A DNA stretch of 64,000 nucleotides, from NCBI GenBank assembly GCA_026936335.1, contig JAPMXV010000004.1:124001-188000 (forward strand), written 5' to 3'. Source of the stretch: Mantamonas sphyraenae STR306. Taxonomy: Eukaryota; Protista; CRuMs. The position numbers and the translations under genes are program-made. How positions within the stretch are numbered: position 1 is the first letter of the stretch; each line of letters opens with the position of its first letter. Under the pieces are notes generated by a model that made no database searches, had not been told where the DNA came from, and saw nothing but the letters and a program-made list of their open reading frames with translations. Shown here one piece after another: positions 36,333-48,279 of the stretch.

Positions 36333-36432
36333 GGGCGCCTATGATGATCAACTCAGAGAAACTGTCACTACCGATGAGTGTGGTGCTTATGCACCGCGTG
36401 ATTTGAACCTCTGTCAAGAAACTGAGGCGCCC
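36333..36432 (+). ncRNA. Box C/D snoRNA (intergenic)
   Basis: Terminal stem GGGCGCCT/AGGCGCCC directly flanks C box ATGATGA (36341-36347) and D box CTGA (36422-36425); internal D'/C'-like boxes surround a hairpin. Confidence 0.85.
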
Positions 36433-36714
36433 TGGAGCCAGAGAAGGGGAGTGGGAAGGAGAAGGCGCGGGAGGAACTGACACAGTGTGACGTCGACACA
36501 GGGAGCTCCACGGCAGGTGAAGTTCACACAGATACACAAGCACACACACACAGCATTGATCTGCCTAGAAATTGTCCGAGTTGTTCATGAAAACACTCTC
36601 TTCTCTCGGTCTCACCTCTCCCTTTTCAATTCTCTCCTCCTCCGGGGTGTGTGTGTGTGTTGTGCCATCCCTATGTCCTTCCCTTCATCTCCACACAGTT
36701 CATCGCTCTCCGAT

Positions 36715-36817
36715 TTAGCCCAGCGCAGGGAACGCGCTCTCGTCCTTAAAGTTGGGGCCACGACCTCCGCCGCGTCCGCCGCTGCGTCCACCCTGGTTGC
36801 CGCGGCCACCCTGGCGG

Positions 36818-36852
<35 letters not shown>

Positions 36853-38113
36853 GCGACGGTCGCCACCACGGCCACCACCACGGCCACCACCACGTCCGCC
36901 CTGACGGTCGTTGTTGCGGCGGTCGTTGTTGCGTCGGTCGCCACGGTCGCCGCGATCGAAGCGGTCGTTCGAGCGAGACTCGCGGGCATAGCTCTGGCCC
37001 ACAAGCTCCACAATACCCTCCTGCTCCGTCGAGCGCTGAGCATGCTTGCCACGCTTCTTGTTGCCCTTCTTCTCCTTGCGCAGAGCAAACAGACCCTCCT
37101 CCATCAGGTCGTCGTCGTTGCGCTCAAGTGCCTCCACCTCGTCGTCGTAGTCCTCAACCTCACGCGGGGCGCCAGCACGCAGCTCGGCTGCCTTGGCTTC
37201 CTGCTCAGCCAGGTACTCGTCCAGATCGCGCTGTGTGTGTGTGTGTCCATGTGTGTGCCATCCCCAATGGATGTCCCATCTCCACGTGTCAGCTCGCTCG
37301 CTCTCTCCTTGCCCTCTCTTTCACAAATCCGTTCCACCCTTCAACCCCATCCATCTCTCCACACAATCTTCCACACACTTGTCTGCTCCACACCCACGTC
37401 AGACTCTCCACCCGCCACCCTCTCATCATTCTCCCTCACGCCGTCCTATCCCTCTTGGTCCCACACGCCCCTCTGTGCTCGGTTCTGAGCTTGCGCACAT
37501 GCAACTCACCTGCGGCTCGTCGTTCTCAGCCTGCTCGCCACCCTCGCCAGCGTTCTCCTCGCCATCCTCGTTGCGGTTGTTGTTGTTGGACTGCACACGC
37601 AGGTCGTCCTCAAACGTGCCCCAGTTGTGGCTGCCCTTGCCGCCGCGCTTCTCGCTGTCGTAGCGGCCAGTGCCCGACACATGACGGTCCTTGGCGCGGC
37701 CACGCTGGTTGCCAGCGTTGCCGCCGCTGCCGCCGGCGTTGCGCGAGGCTGTGCATCGCAGAAGTGGGTGGGTGTGCAGTGTCAGCAGGCACTCGCTCGG
37801 GTGGTGGCGCAGGTTGAAACGGGCGCTCAATTTTCGGTGCATTTTGGTCGCGTGAAACACGCTGGTGCAGACACAAGAGTGGGGTGGCGACGGCCATGCG
37901 ATCAAGCACGGAGAGGGATAGGGGAAATGGGGGACAGTGCAGGTGGTGATGGGACGTGGGGGGTGGGTGATGGGACTGGGTGGGGTGCACAGGGATCTCT
38001 GTGTTTGGGCAGTGGTGGGAGTCGTAGAGAGGGTGTGGTGACGCATGGAACGTACTCTGCTCCTTGGGAGCATCCTGCTCGTCGTCCAGAAGTGCAAAGG
38101 GGTTCGAAGACAT
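36715..38113 (-). CDS. SERBP1/HABP4/Stm1-like RGG RNA-binding protein, copy 1 (3 exons)
   Basis: MSSNPFALLDDE, DRHVSGTGR..EKRGGKGSHNWGT, LDEYLAEQ, RGG repeats and a C-terminal DESAFPALG. Confidence 0.85.
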
Positions 38114-38462
38114 CTTGTTTCGGTTGTTGGGGTGGGTGGTCGAGCGCTGCTGGTGGCCCGACAGGACACAGCCGTCACCTGCCCAACTGTTGACGGAGTT
38201 GTGGGAAGCATGGAGAAACTATGTGGCAATGGGAGAGGCGTGGATGGGTGGCGGACCGTGTGATCCATTCATGGGAAAACGGGGAGGCTGTCGACCCTCA
38301 CACGAACCACACAGTTGAGAACCCATCCACTGACTCCACACCGATCCCTGACATTGAACTCAGTTCATTCCTTTGCACACTCCCATCTCGTGTTCCTGCC
38401 CAGCCGCCAAAAATACGGCGGGCTTCCAGCGCAGTACCACCCACCCCAACAACCGAAACAAG

Positions 38463-39723
38463 ATGTCTTCGAACCCCTTTGCACTTCTGGACGACGAGCA
38501 GGATGCTCCCAAGGAGCAGAGTACGTTCCATGCATCACCACACCCTCTCTACGACTCCCACCACTGCCCAAACACAGAGATCCCTGTGCACCCCACCCAG
38601 TCCCATCACCCACCCCCCACGTCCCATCACCACCTGCACTGTCCCCCATTTCCCCTGTCCCTCTCCCTGCTTGATCGCATGGCCGTTGCCACCCCACTCT
38701 TGTGTCTGCACCAGCGTGTTTCACGCGACCAAAATGCACCGAAAATTGAGCGCCCGTTTCAACCTGCGCCACCACCCGAGCGAGTGCCTGCTGACACTGC
38801 ACACCCACCCACTTCTGCGGTGCACAGCCTCGCGCAACGCCGGCGGCAGCGGCGGCAACGCTGGCAACCAGCGTGGCCGCGCCAAGGACCGTCATGTGTC
38901 GGGCACTGGCCGCTACGACAGCGAGAAGCGCGGCGGCAAGGGCAGCCACAACTGGGGCACGTTTGAGGACGACCTGCGTGTGCAGTCCAACAACAACAAC
39001 CGCAACGAGGATGGCGAGGAGAACGCCGGCGAGGGTGGCGAGCAGGCTGAGAACGACGAGCCGCAGGTGAGTTGCATGTGCGCAAGCTCAGAACCGAGCA
39101 CAGAGGGGCGTGTGGGACCAAGAGGGATAGGACGGCGTGAGGGAGAATGATGAGAGGGTGGCGGGTGGAGAGTCTGACGTGGGTGTGGAGCAGACAAGTG
39201 TGTGGAAGATTGTGTGGAGAGATGGATGGGGTTGAAGGGTGGAACGGATTTGTGAAAGAGAGGGCAAGGAGAGAGCGAGCGAGCTGACACGTGGAGATGG
39301 GACATCCATTGGGGATGGCACACACATGGACACACACACACACAGCGCGATCTGGACGAGTACCTGGCTGAGCAGGAAGCCAAGGCAGCCGAGCTGCGTG
39401 CTGGCGCCCCGCGTGAGGTTGAGGACTACGACGACGAGGTGGAGGCACTTGAGCGCAACGACGACGACCTGATGGAGGAGGGTCTGTTTGCTCTGCGCAA
39501 GGAGAAGAAGGGCAACAAGAAGCGTGGCAAGCATGCTCAGCGCTCGACGGAGCAGGAGGGTATTGTGGAGCTTGTGGGCCAGAGCTATGCCCGCGAGTCT
39601 CGCTCGAACGACCGCTTCGATCGCGGCGACCGTGGCGACCGACGCAACAACGACCGCCGCAACAACGACCGTCAGGGCGGACGTGGTGGTGGCCGTGGTG
39701 GTGGCCGTGGTGGCGACCGTCGC

Positions 39724-39755
<32 letters not shown>

Positions 39756-39858
39756 CCGCCAGGGTGGCCGCGGCAACCAGGGTGGACGCAGCGGCGGACG
39801 CGGCGGAGGTCGTGGCCCCAACTTTAAGGACGAGAGCGCGTTCCCTGCGCTGGGCTAA
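38463..39858 (+). CDS. SERBP1/HABP4/Stm1-like RGG RNA-binding protein, copy 2 (exons 38463-38520, 38828-39066, 39346-39858)
   Basis: Same motifs as copy 1; GT-AG introns preserve the frame. Confidence 0.85.
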
Positions 39859-40120
39859 ATCGGAGAGCGATGGACTGTGTGGAGATGAAGGGAAGGACAT
39901 AGGGATGGCACAACACACACACACCCCGGAGGAGGAGAGAATTGAAAAGGGAGAGGTGAGACCGAGAGAAGAGAGTGTTTTCATGAACAACTCGGACAAT
40001 TTCTAGGCAGACCACAGAGAAGAGGGACGGAGTGACAAAGAGTGTGTGCATCGATGCACTCCACAACGTGTCCACTTCTGTGCGCCTTCTCCAGCAGATC
40101 TTTCTCGACCACACACAGCC

Positions 40121-40690
40121 ATGGACAAGCTGCGCCGCATGTTCAAGTTCAACCAGAGCTACAAAGGCACTCTGGTGGGCGTCGACAAGTTCGGCAACAA
40201 GTACATGGTGAACCCGGAGATGCAGTGGGGTCGGTTTTTTGCCCGTTTGCGTCTTTCCGCATTCCTCTTCTCTTTGCTGACACGCGATTGTGCTTCCATC
40301 CGCATCACTCTCCACAGGCCGCCAGCGATGGGTGGAGTACGCCTCGGACGACTTTGATGCCACCCAGATCCCGGCCGAATGGCATTGTACGTGACAAGGG
40401 CAGGCACACCGCGAGAGCGACGCGCGCCGGCGAGAATCCCTCTCGTGCTTTTCACGTGCCCACGCTCGCCACTGACAGCCGCACCCATCCCCCCCCACCC
40501 CCCTCCCGCAGCCTGGATTCACCATATGGAGGATGATCCGCCCCAGCAGGACGAGGAGATCGTGTACAAACTGGACCACGTGGAAAACAAGACCGGCACC
40601 AGCGAGACCTACCTTCCCAAGGGCCACTACCTCAGGCAGGGCGGCAAGAGCAAGCAGGTCGAGGCCTGGTCGCCCGAGCAGACGATGTGA
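40121..40690 (+). CDS. NDUFA12: NADH dehydrogenase 1 alpha subcomplex subunit 12 (B17.2), 3 exons
   Basis: GTLVGVDKFGNKY, RQRWVEY, DATQIPAEWH.WIHH, NKTGTSETYLP and VEAWSP. Confidence 0.9.
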
Positions 40691-40740
40691 TCGGCGACAC
40701 CAAAATCCACAAGACACTTTGTTCATGATCACCTTTTTGG

Positions 40741-41937
40741 TCACTTTCGCCGCAACGCCTTGCCCTTGCGTTTCTTGAACGTCGGCAGGCTCTGTCCCCC
40801 AACCGACTTGCCAAAGGCATCCACCATTGGCTGTGTGTCTGTTTCCACCATCACCTCGTGGGGTCGTTTGATCGACACAGCCGCCTGCACCTGAGCAGTA
40901 GCTGCCGCACGTCGCTCCTCCGCTATCCTAGCCGCCTCCTGCGCAGCATGGTCGTGCACATTGGCCACATCCAACCCAAACGCCATGTTGACCGTCTTTT
41001 TGCCCCGTTTGTTGCGTCCCTTTTTCATCAAGTTGCCCTTGCTTCGTTGTGCAGCCACCAGACTCGCTGCCTTTTTCACCGCCGCCTCCTCGATGGCCAT
41101 CCTCTCACGCACCATCTCTTCCGCGCTCTTGATGCGGATTTCACCGTCGTCGTCCCGTTGCATCTCTTCCACCGACCTGCCAGCTCGCACAGCTGCCTCT
41201 TTCAGCTTGCGTTGCTCCGACTCGGCTCGCCGCGCCTCTGCCTCAGCCTTGGCTGCCTCTGCGCGCTCCTCTTCGCTCACTGCCGCTTCATACGTCACTG
41301 TGACATCCTCCCATTCGCCCACACCGCCGTTGGAGGTCTCTGCACTGCTCTCTTGCTTCGCTGGGGCCAGTTCTTCTGCCACTTGGGTCTCCTCTTCTTC
41401 TTTCCCATTCTCTTGCACATCGTCCTCCTCGGCTTCATCCGTGCACTCTTCCCACCCGCCGTTGCTCTCGTTCCACGCGTACTTTGTTCCTTGCCACTCG
41501 CACATCCACGTGCCGTCCTTCCGCTGGTACTGACTCGCGCGCATGGCCAACTCCTGCGCCTCACGCTCGGCATGCTCAGCCATAGCCCGCTCCAGGGCCG
41601 CTGCTGCCTCGTTGCCACTGTTGGAGACGCGTGGATCGGTCGTGTCCACTGCACCTGCACTACTGCTGCTGCTTGCAGGGGCAACCGCCACGCCAGTGTC
41701 CTGGGCGTACGCCTTGGCAGCTGCTGCGTTGATGCGTGCCAGCTCGGCTGCCACCGACGCTTTCCGTTTGTCCTCTTCACTGTCACCACCGCCTGCCATG
41801 GCTGCCAGCTTCTTCTGCACATTGGCTTTGTGTTTCTGTCCGCGTGTGTGGTGCGTCCGAGACGCCTTGTTGTCCAGCACCCAGATGTCACAGTACTCGC
41901 AATGCCATCGTGCGTTGGACTTCCAGTACGTCGTCAT
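40741..41937 (-). CDS. WBP4: U1C-type zinc-finger protein (WBP4/FBP21-like)
   Basis: MTTYWKSNARWHCEYCDIWVLDNKASRTHHTRGQKHKANV, a WW-like segment and a C-terminal FKKRK. Confidence 0.75.
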   Translation of the reverse strand: MTTYWKSNARWHCEYCDIWVLDNKASRTHHTRGQKHKANVQKKLAAMAGGGDSEEDKRKASVAAELARINAAAAKAYAQDTGVAVAPASSSSSAGAVDTTDPRVSNSGNEAAAALERAMAEHAEREAQELAMRASQYQRKDGTWMCEWQGTKYAWNESNGGWEECTDEAEEDDVQENGKEEEETQVAEELAPAKQESSAETSNGGVGEWEDVTVTYEAAVSEEERAEAAKAEAEARRAESEQRKLKEAAVRAGRSVEEMQRDDDGEIRIKSAEEMVRERMAIEEAAVKKAASLVAAQRSKGNLMKKGRNKRGKKTVNMAFGLDVANVHDHAAQEAARIAEERRAAATAQVQAAVSIKRPHEVMVETDTQPMVDAFGKSVGGQSLPTFKKRKGKALRRK

Positions 41938-42059
41938 GTCTGTGTCCCTGGACTGGGCGGTCGATGGTTGGGAATGGCTGGTCCCCATGGCGCTTGGCGA
42001 ACCAGGACAACTTCGCCCCCCCAACCTACCACACACACAACGCTTTCCCGTCAGTGCCC

Positions 42060-44810
42060 ATGTCCTCGCTGTCCAAGCTGGCCAAGTCCAGCTCGTCACG
42101 ACTCAAGGAACTGGTGGAAACCAGCCGCACTGTGCGTAGCGAAACACAGACGGACAATCTCAGCATCCAACCCATCCACAGGGACCCCGAGCAGCTCTTC
42201 CGCTCCGCCAGCAAACTGGCCAAGAATGCACCTCGCCCCACCGAATCTCAGCGCATCAAAGGCACCCAGCTACTGTCCCGTTCCGACTGCGACCTCAGCA
42301 AGATCGAGCGCGTCAGCAAGCTCGACCTCAAGAGCACCTTTGAGCCCATGGAACCCATCAGCGACACCGACATCCCCACTTTCCTTCGCCACAAGCACGA
42401 AGAAATCCTCTTGACTGCCATTGAGGAGGTCAACAAGGTGGTACGTGGCTTCGCTTCGCCTGTGGGCCGCCCGGACGGAAAGGGCCATGCGACCCGACTT
42501 TGATCAGCTGACACCGCAACTGCCCCTCCCTCCTCACACAGACCTTCAACGACTTTAGCGACCAGTTTGTGCAAACCATGGAGGACGAGTGGATGGAGTA
42601 CAAGAACGGTCTCATGCAAGCCACCACCGACCTCCACGCACAGCGTAGGGTGCGTTCAGCCGTCGCGCATTTTTTGGCGCCAGCTTCTTTGCCCCGCTCA
42701 CACTCGCCCCCTCGCACACGGTGGCCCGTCTTGACCACAGCAAGGAAACGTGCAGCTGTCTCGCTTCTCCACAAGCTCCATCATGGATCTCAAGATGCGC
42801 AACTACGCACGTGCCGTGGGCAAGTTCAACGACAACCTGGAAAACCGCTTCCCGCTCATCAGCGAGCTGCGTCAGGAGGCCCAGCTCATCAACGAGAGCG
42901 ATGTGGTAGGTTTTTCAAAACACCCACCGCACCCTTTGAACCGCACCCGTGTCGCTGCACACCAGCACGTCACCGCCGCGAGCTGAATTCATTCCATTTA
43001 CTCCCGCACCCACCCACACACACACACACAGAAAAAGCAAACTGTGTCCGACTGCTGGTCGCTGCTGGAACGCTACTTTCCAGAGTCGATGCTGCTGAAG
43101 AGGCAGCCGCAGCCGTTTGACGACAGCGTTGCGCGCGTCGATGCAGCCATCGACTTTTTGGAGACACAGATGAAGGCTCACATCATGAGCCGCGGTGGCT
43201 ACGAGTACAAAGAGGGTCGCAAGCTGATGGTGCAGCACGTGCAGATGTTTCTGGAGCTGGTGCTGCAATCGGACGACAAGCGCTGGCCAGACATCCTGTC
43301 CGAGTTTGACATCAACGACGAGCTGCCCTTCTGGCCCAAGATGTACTATTTCCTGCGCTGCGGCGAGCTGGAGGAGCCGTGCGAGATGCTGCGACGCCAG
43401 GGCCAGAGCATGCACAAGGAGCTGCTGAAGCAGCTGGAGGCGCTGCACACGCAGGGCTGGAAATCGGGCGTGTTGCGACACCAGCAGGGCGCGCTGCACA
43501 ACGAACACACCGCTTCTCGCTCGGAGGACGAGGATCCGTATCGCGGTGCCGTGTATGGACTGCTGCTGAACAAGCCTGATCTGGTCAACGAGGTTGTCAA
43601 CACGCTGCAGGACTTTCTGTGGCTGGAGCTCAAGGGCGTGCAGGCCCTGGCCCACAAGCCCGACCAGTATGCTTTGGAACTGCAGCGTATGCAGGAAATG
43701 CTGGTGGAGGAGTACGGCGCAGAGTACTTTTGCCCCGATGGTCAAAACCCCATGCTGTACTTCCAGGTGCTGCTCCTCACGCAGCAATTCGAACTGGCTG
43801 TGGACTACCTTGTAGCACACGAGCCCGTGGAGGCCACCCACTTTGCCTTGGCCATGCATGCGTACAATGGAATCAATGTGTACGAGGGCGAGGATCCGCG
43901 CCCGGGCGAACTGCTCGTCGTCGACGAGGCCAACGGGGCCATGTTGAACCTGGTGCAACTGGTGCAGGCGTACGTGCACCCGTTTGCCCACCAGGATGTT
44001 GACCAGGCAGCACAGTACTACAACTTTCTGTCGGACGACATCAAGACAGAGTGCTTCTTGCGACTGGTCCTGGATACGCGCGACTACGACCGCCTGCTGG
44101 GCTCCGTGGACGGCTACGAAGCCGGTGTACTGAGCCACTTCCTGTCGCAGGACCAGCTGAGCTTCCTGGTGGAGCAGTGTGCACGCACTATGGAAGAGAA
44201 CTCCGAGTATGCAGACGCCATGATGCTGTACGACAGACTGCCCAACACAGGCGCCAACGAACGCCACGTGCTGGCCATCCTCAGCAATCTGCTGAGCAGG
44301 GATCTGATTGAGCAGCGCAACAGCAAGTCGGGCGCATCATCCATGAACATCTTGGAGTATGCCCGCGAAAAGGAATCGCAGAACCAGAACCAATGGATGG
44401 AAGACGACGAGGTCGTCAAGGAGTTCCGCCTCATGCTCAAGCTGGCAACGTTCACGGAGAGCTTCTACCAAGACGAGTTTCGCGAGTGCTTGCGAATCAT
44501 CAGGGACACCGAGCTGTTGCCCACACGCCCGGAGATGCTGGACGAGAGCGTGAACGAGTTTGCCATGCTCAATGACACCATCAAGCGCCACCTGGGCCAG
44601 ATCCTCTTGCACACCATGGAGAGCATCAAGGCAGAGGTGGACACCCTGCGCAGCGGTCGCAGCGGGCACGACGGACGCCGCACCCTGCGTGACTACGAGG
44701 AGTGGGCCAGCACACTGCTGCAGTACAGCGTGCAGGTCAAGTACAACTTTGGGGACATTGGCCAACGCATCAATGAGCTGGAAACACGCATCCGAACAAT
44801 GTACGCTTGA
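42060..44810 (+). CDS. NUP93: Nucleoporin Nup93/Nic96, 4 exons
   Basis: TFEPMEPISDTDIPTFL...LLTAIEE, WPKMYYFLRCG, DPYRGAVY, LQDFLWLEL, YFQVLLLTQQFELAV and EATHFALA. Confidence 0.92.
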
Positions 44811-44820
44811 TTTTGGTTTC

Positions 44821-46992
44821 TCATCCGATGCGACGGAACGCACCGCCTCCGGTGCTGGAGCCCGTGCTGTTGGTGCTCATGGACGTGCAGGACTGGGGAC
44901 TGCTGTCTTGGATTGCGTAGAGATCAGACCCCGGCGTGCCACCGGCGAGCAGTTGTGAAGCCACAGGGTTGAGCATGATCATGGCCCTGTTGGCAATGGT
45001 CAGCTCCATCAGCTGGTGGTCGTGCACCAGCGTCTGCATGGCCTCACTGCGCTCCCCGATGGCTGTGTTGCGAGCCGCTGCCAGTGCGCGGTTGTGCTGA
45101 CTGTGCAAATAGTGCACCTTGACCAGCTCGGGCTCAATCACAGACGCCGATGCAGCCGATGCATGGGCTTCGGCCATCGTGTCCTCCTCCACACCTTCCA
45201 GCGTCGCCATCGACTCCTCCCCTACGTCCTGCTCCTCTGTTTGCTGTTCTCCGCCACGAGTCAGCATGTTGAACTCCTCCAGCCATTCGGAATCCTGGTC
45301 CACCGCCGATGTTGCACTTGCTTCATCCATCGCAAGTGCAAGTACGCGCTGGACTGTTTCCAACGAGTCTTGAATGGGTGCAAACAGGCCTTGTGTCTCC
45401 TCTTGCCCTTGCTCCTGCCCATTCTCCAAAGCCAGCTCCAGCTCTGTCGTATCTACATCCGTGTCACGCGACTGCTGCAGCCCTGCAATCTCCTGTTTCA
45501 GCCTCTGCTCCTCCTCCTCCATCTCCTTGAGCATCTTGGTCAGCAGGTTGCTTCGCGGGCCGGAAACAACCTCCTGCTGTTCCTCCTCTGCCTCCTCCTC
45601 ATCTCCATCCCAGTCCAAACGACGCACAATCGCCTGTTGCTGCGTTTCAGTGGCAACCCCCTGGCTGCCACCCTCGCTGTGCTTCTGCAGGGCTTTGGAA
45701 ACGCTCTGCGCCTTGGAGGAGGACTTGTGCGCAGATCGGGTGTGATGCGAGCGAACCTTGCTGCGACTGGCCGGCGTACCCAGCTTGCCCGTGCTCTTTG
45801 GCGTGAGCAGCGATCGCCCAATCGAGTTGTGCAATCCCTGTCGCACCAGCGGATTTTCGAAATCCACCTCGGGCGACATCAACAGGGCATTGCCGTTACC
45901 GTTGCCGTTGCCGCGAGCGTGTGCTGCCTGAACCGACTCGCTGCGAGAATGGCGCTGCTTGTTGTTGCTGCTGCTGCTGCTGCTGTGCTTGCGTCCCGAT
46001 CGGCTCCCACGACGCTGGGTGTTGTTGGCCACCCGCAGCGGCCCTTTGTAAATTGAAGCTCGCTTCTCCGGAAGCTCCTCCAGATCAGTGACACGTGCTT
46101 TGGCCGACGACATCGGTGTCTTGGGTGTCTTGCGCGTTCGCTCCTGCTTGCCCTCGCTCTCCTGCGGCGTCATCGCGTCCAGACGCATGCCAAAGGTCCC
46201 ACCGTCCACAAACGAACTCGTGTGACCGGCCTCGGGTGATCCTTGGTCCGTGTGCACCGTGATCCGTGGGGCTGTGGCCTTGCTTGACGAGAACAGCAAG
46301 CGCACAGCTTGTTCTTTACGCGAATCCTTGGCCGGCGTCTTGTGCGCTTCTGTTGCCGTTTGATCGCCGGCATCTTTGCCTCCTTGCTGCTTAGTCTGTG
46401 ATTTGGACACTCGGCTGGAGGCTGTCTTGCTCCTGCCCGCAGACTTGGGTCGCAACGGCGTTCGCTGTGCGCGGTGTGGATTCTCCTCCTTTGCCTTGTT
46501 TCCCTGCTGGCGACCCACAACTGTGGGTGCCTTCAGACGCGATCCTGCCGTGTTGAGACTCGTCTCACTATAAGTGTACCATGTTCGCAGGTGAGCGGCC
46601 GCGTCAGCTTCCCTTCTGCCCAGTCGCTTGTCAAACGTCAAAAATCCGTTGGTGGCAGCGCGCGCTTCGGCGCCATCTCGACTCTCGTCCACCTCCAGGG
46701 CTCAAATCAGGCCTGTGCTGCATTTGTCACTCACCTATCGCTCCCTTTGCCCAACTTGGCCATCATGTACACACCGGACGATTCAACGCGTCCGTTCTTG
46801 GCGTTCTCCTGCTCGAAACTACGTGACAAGCGAGCGCGTCAGCCGAAAAAAGCCACTTCAGATGCACAACTGGGCCCTGCACTCGACACACGTGCCTCCA
46901 CACCCTCCTACTGCATTCACAAGTCTTCAAACGTACCCAAGTCGCACCGCCTGGATCGAGGTTGGCGCTCGAAGACGGCTCTTGGCTGGCAT
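44821..46992 (-). CDS. Hypothetical low-complexity/coiled-coil protein, 3 exons
   Basis: ATG at 46992 (MPAKSRLRAPTSIQAVRLG) joins the long ORF through two phase-consistent GT-AG introns; S/K/T-rich, then an acidic coiled coil. Confidence 0.65.
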
Positions 46993-47154
46993 GGTCTTTG
47001 GAAAATGTTGTCGTTGCTTCGGCTGGCGCTGGCGCGATGCCCGCTTGGTTGGCAGACGTGTACTGCCTCTAGCAAAAGTCGGAAACTCCCACACGTGTGC
47101 GGGAAATGGAAACAAACGGTGACCGAGGGTTGCATTGATGCATGTGCAAGGAAA

Positions 47155-48186
47155 TCAGGCAGATGCTGCGCTGCCATCGCTTGAGGAGTCCAGGGAGCTG
47201 AGGGAGCTGTCCTGGCCGAATTCCTGATAGCCATCACGCTCCTCGTAGTACAGCGCGTAGTGCTGGATGATAAAGAGGAGGTCAAACACGATGGAGATTG
47301 AGCCCAGAGCAAGTTTGGGAAGATCGCCGGTAAAGATGGTCCACGATTGGATGATCTGAGCGTCAACAAACATCTGCAGGATGGAGAGGAGTCCACCGGA
47401 GAAGTCGAGCAGGATCTGGTGGATGCTCCAGCCATACGTGCTTTTGCGAAGGTAGTTGAAGTATGCCTGTGGCATGTACTTGATGGTGCTCATCAACACC
47501 TTGATGAGCCCGAGATAATTCAAAAAGTACAGCCATGCACGTGGACCACCTGCGGGACCCAGAACATTGGTGAGAGTAGCCAACACAAAGGCACCAGCAA
47601 TGGAAACGCCGATGGCACTCGAAACATAAATCGCCGTCTTGGACAGCGTCTGCGAGCCACGGTCGTAGATGAAGCACTGGACAATGACCACAGAGACAAG
47701 AAGAACACCATGCAGGGCGAAGAACTGTGCGGCAGGCCAAAATGTACACTCGACAGGGTCAGAAACGGAACCTTGGGAAAACGCGTGCACGTGGTTCACG
47801 TGCCCTCCGTGCGGCCTGGACGTCAGACACGGAGTCGCCTACGGCATGGAAACACGGTGCTATGACCAGGGAGTGGCTGTGGGAAAATGGAACACGCTGT
47901 TTCAACGCACCACGTCGTTGAACTGGACGCCCGAGGTGTTGCCGTCGTTTTGCAGGGCGTACTCGGCCCGAATGACCGGGTCGGTGTACATGACGGTGTT
48001 GAACACAGAGTAGCAGACAAAGCCAATGATGTTGTACAGAGAAAAGTCAAAGGAGAGTCCAACGACACTCTTGCGTCGGAAGTTGAGGATCACCTGCGGG
48101 TAGAAGCTGACGTTCCATGCGACCACGTAGGTCCAGCCCAGGACAGCTGACAGAATGACCCATCCATTGGACGCGTCCTCCGACAT
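47155..48186 (-). CDS. CTNS: Cystinosin (PQ-loop lysosomal cystine transporter), with intron
   Basis: GWTYVVAWNVSFYPQVILNFRRKSVVGLSFDF and IKYMPQAYFNYLRKSTYGWSI..ILLDFSGG. Confidence 0.93.
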
Positions 48187-48279
48187 GGGTGATTCTGGGT
48201 GCGTGTGCAGATGCCCGGGAGCGAGGAAACGATTGCTTCCGAACGCGCACGCCACGCAAACACATCATCACTGCACGTC

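Larger units (their letters stand above)
36560..40011. repeat. Large inverted repeat: arms 36560-38140 and 38436-40011, spacer about 295 bp
   Basis: The arms are reverse complements including introns and 3' UTR, with only scattered SNPs and microsatellite length differences (e.g. N11 vs N10). Confidence 0.97.

Noticed and set aside
39140-39290. ATGATGA and CTGA in intron 2 of the SERBP1-like gene as a possible snoRNA
   Set aside because: There is no terminal stem, the sequence is low-complexity and purine-rich, and the distal CTGAC looks like the branch point.
36560-40011. Inverted repeat read as transposon terminal inverted repeats or a foldback element
   Set aside because: The arms consist of a spliced host gene; I see no transposase and no target-site duplication.
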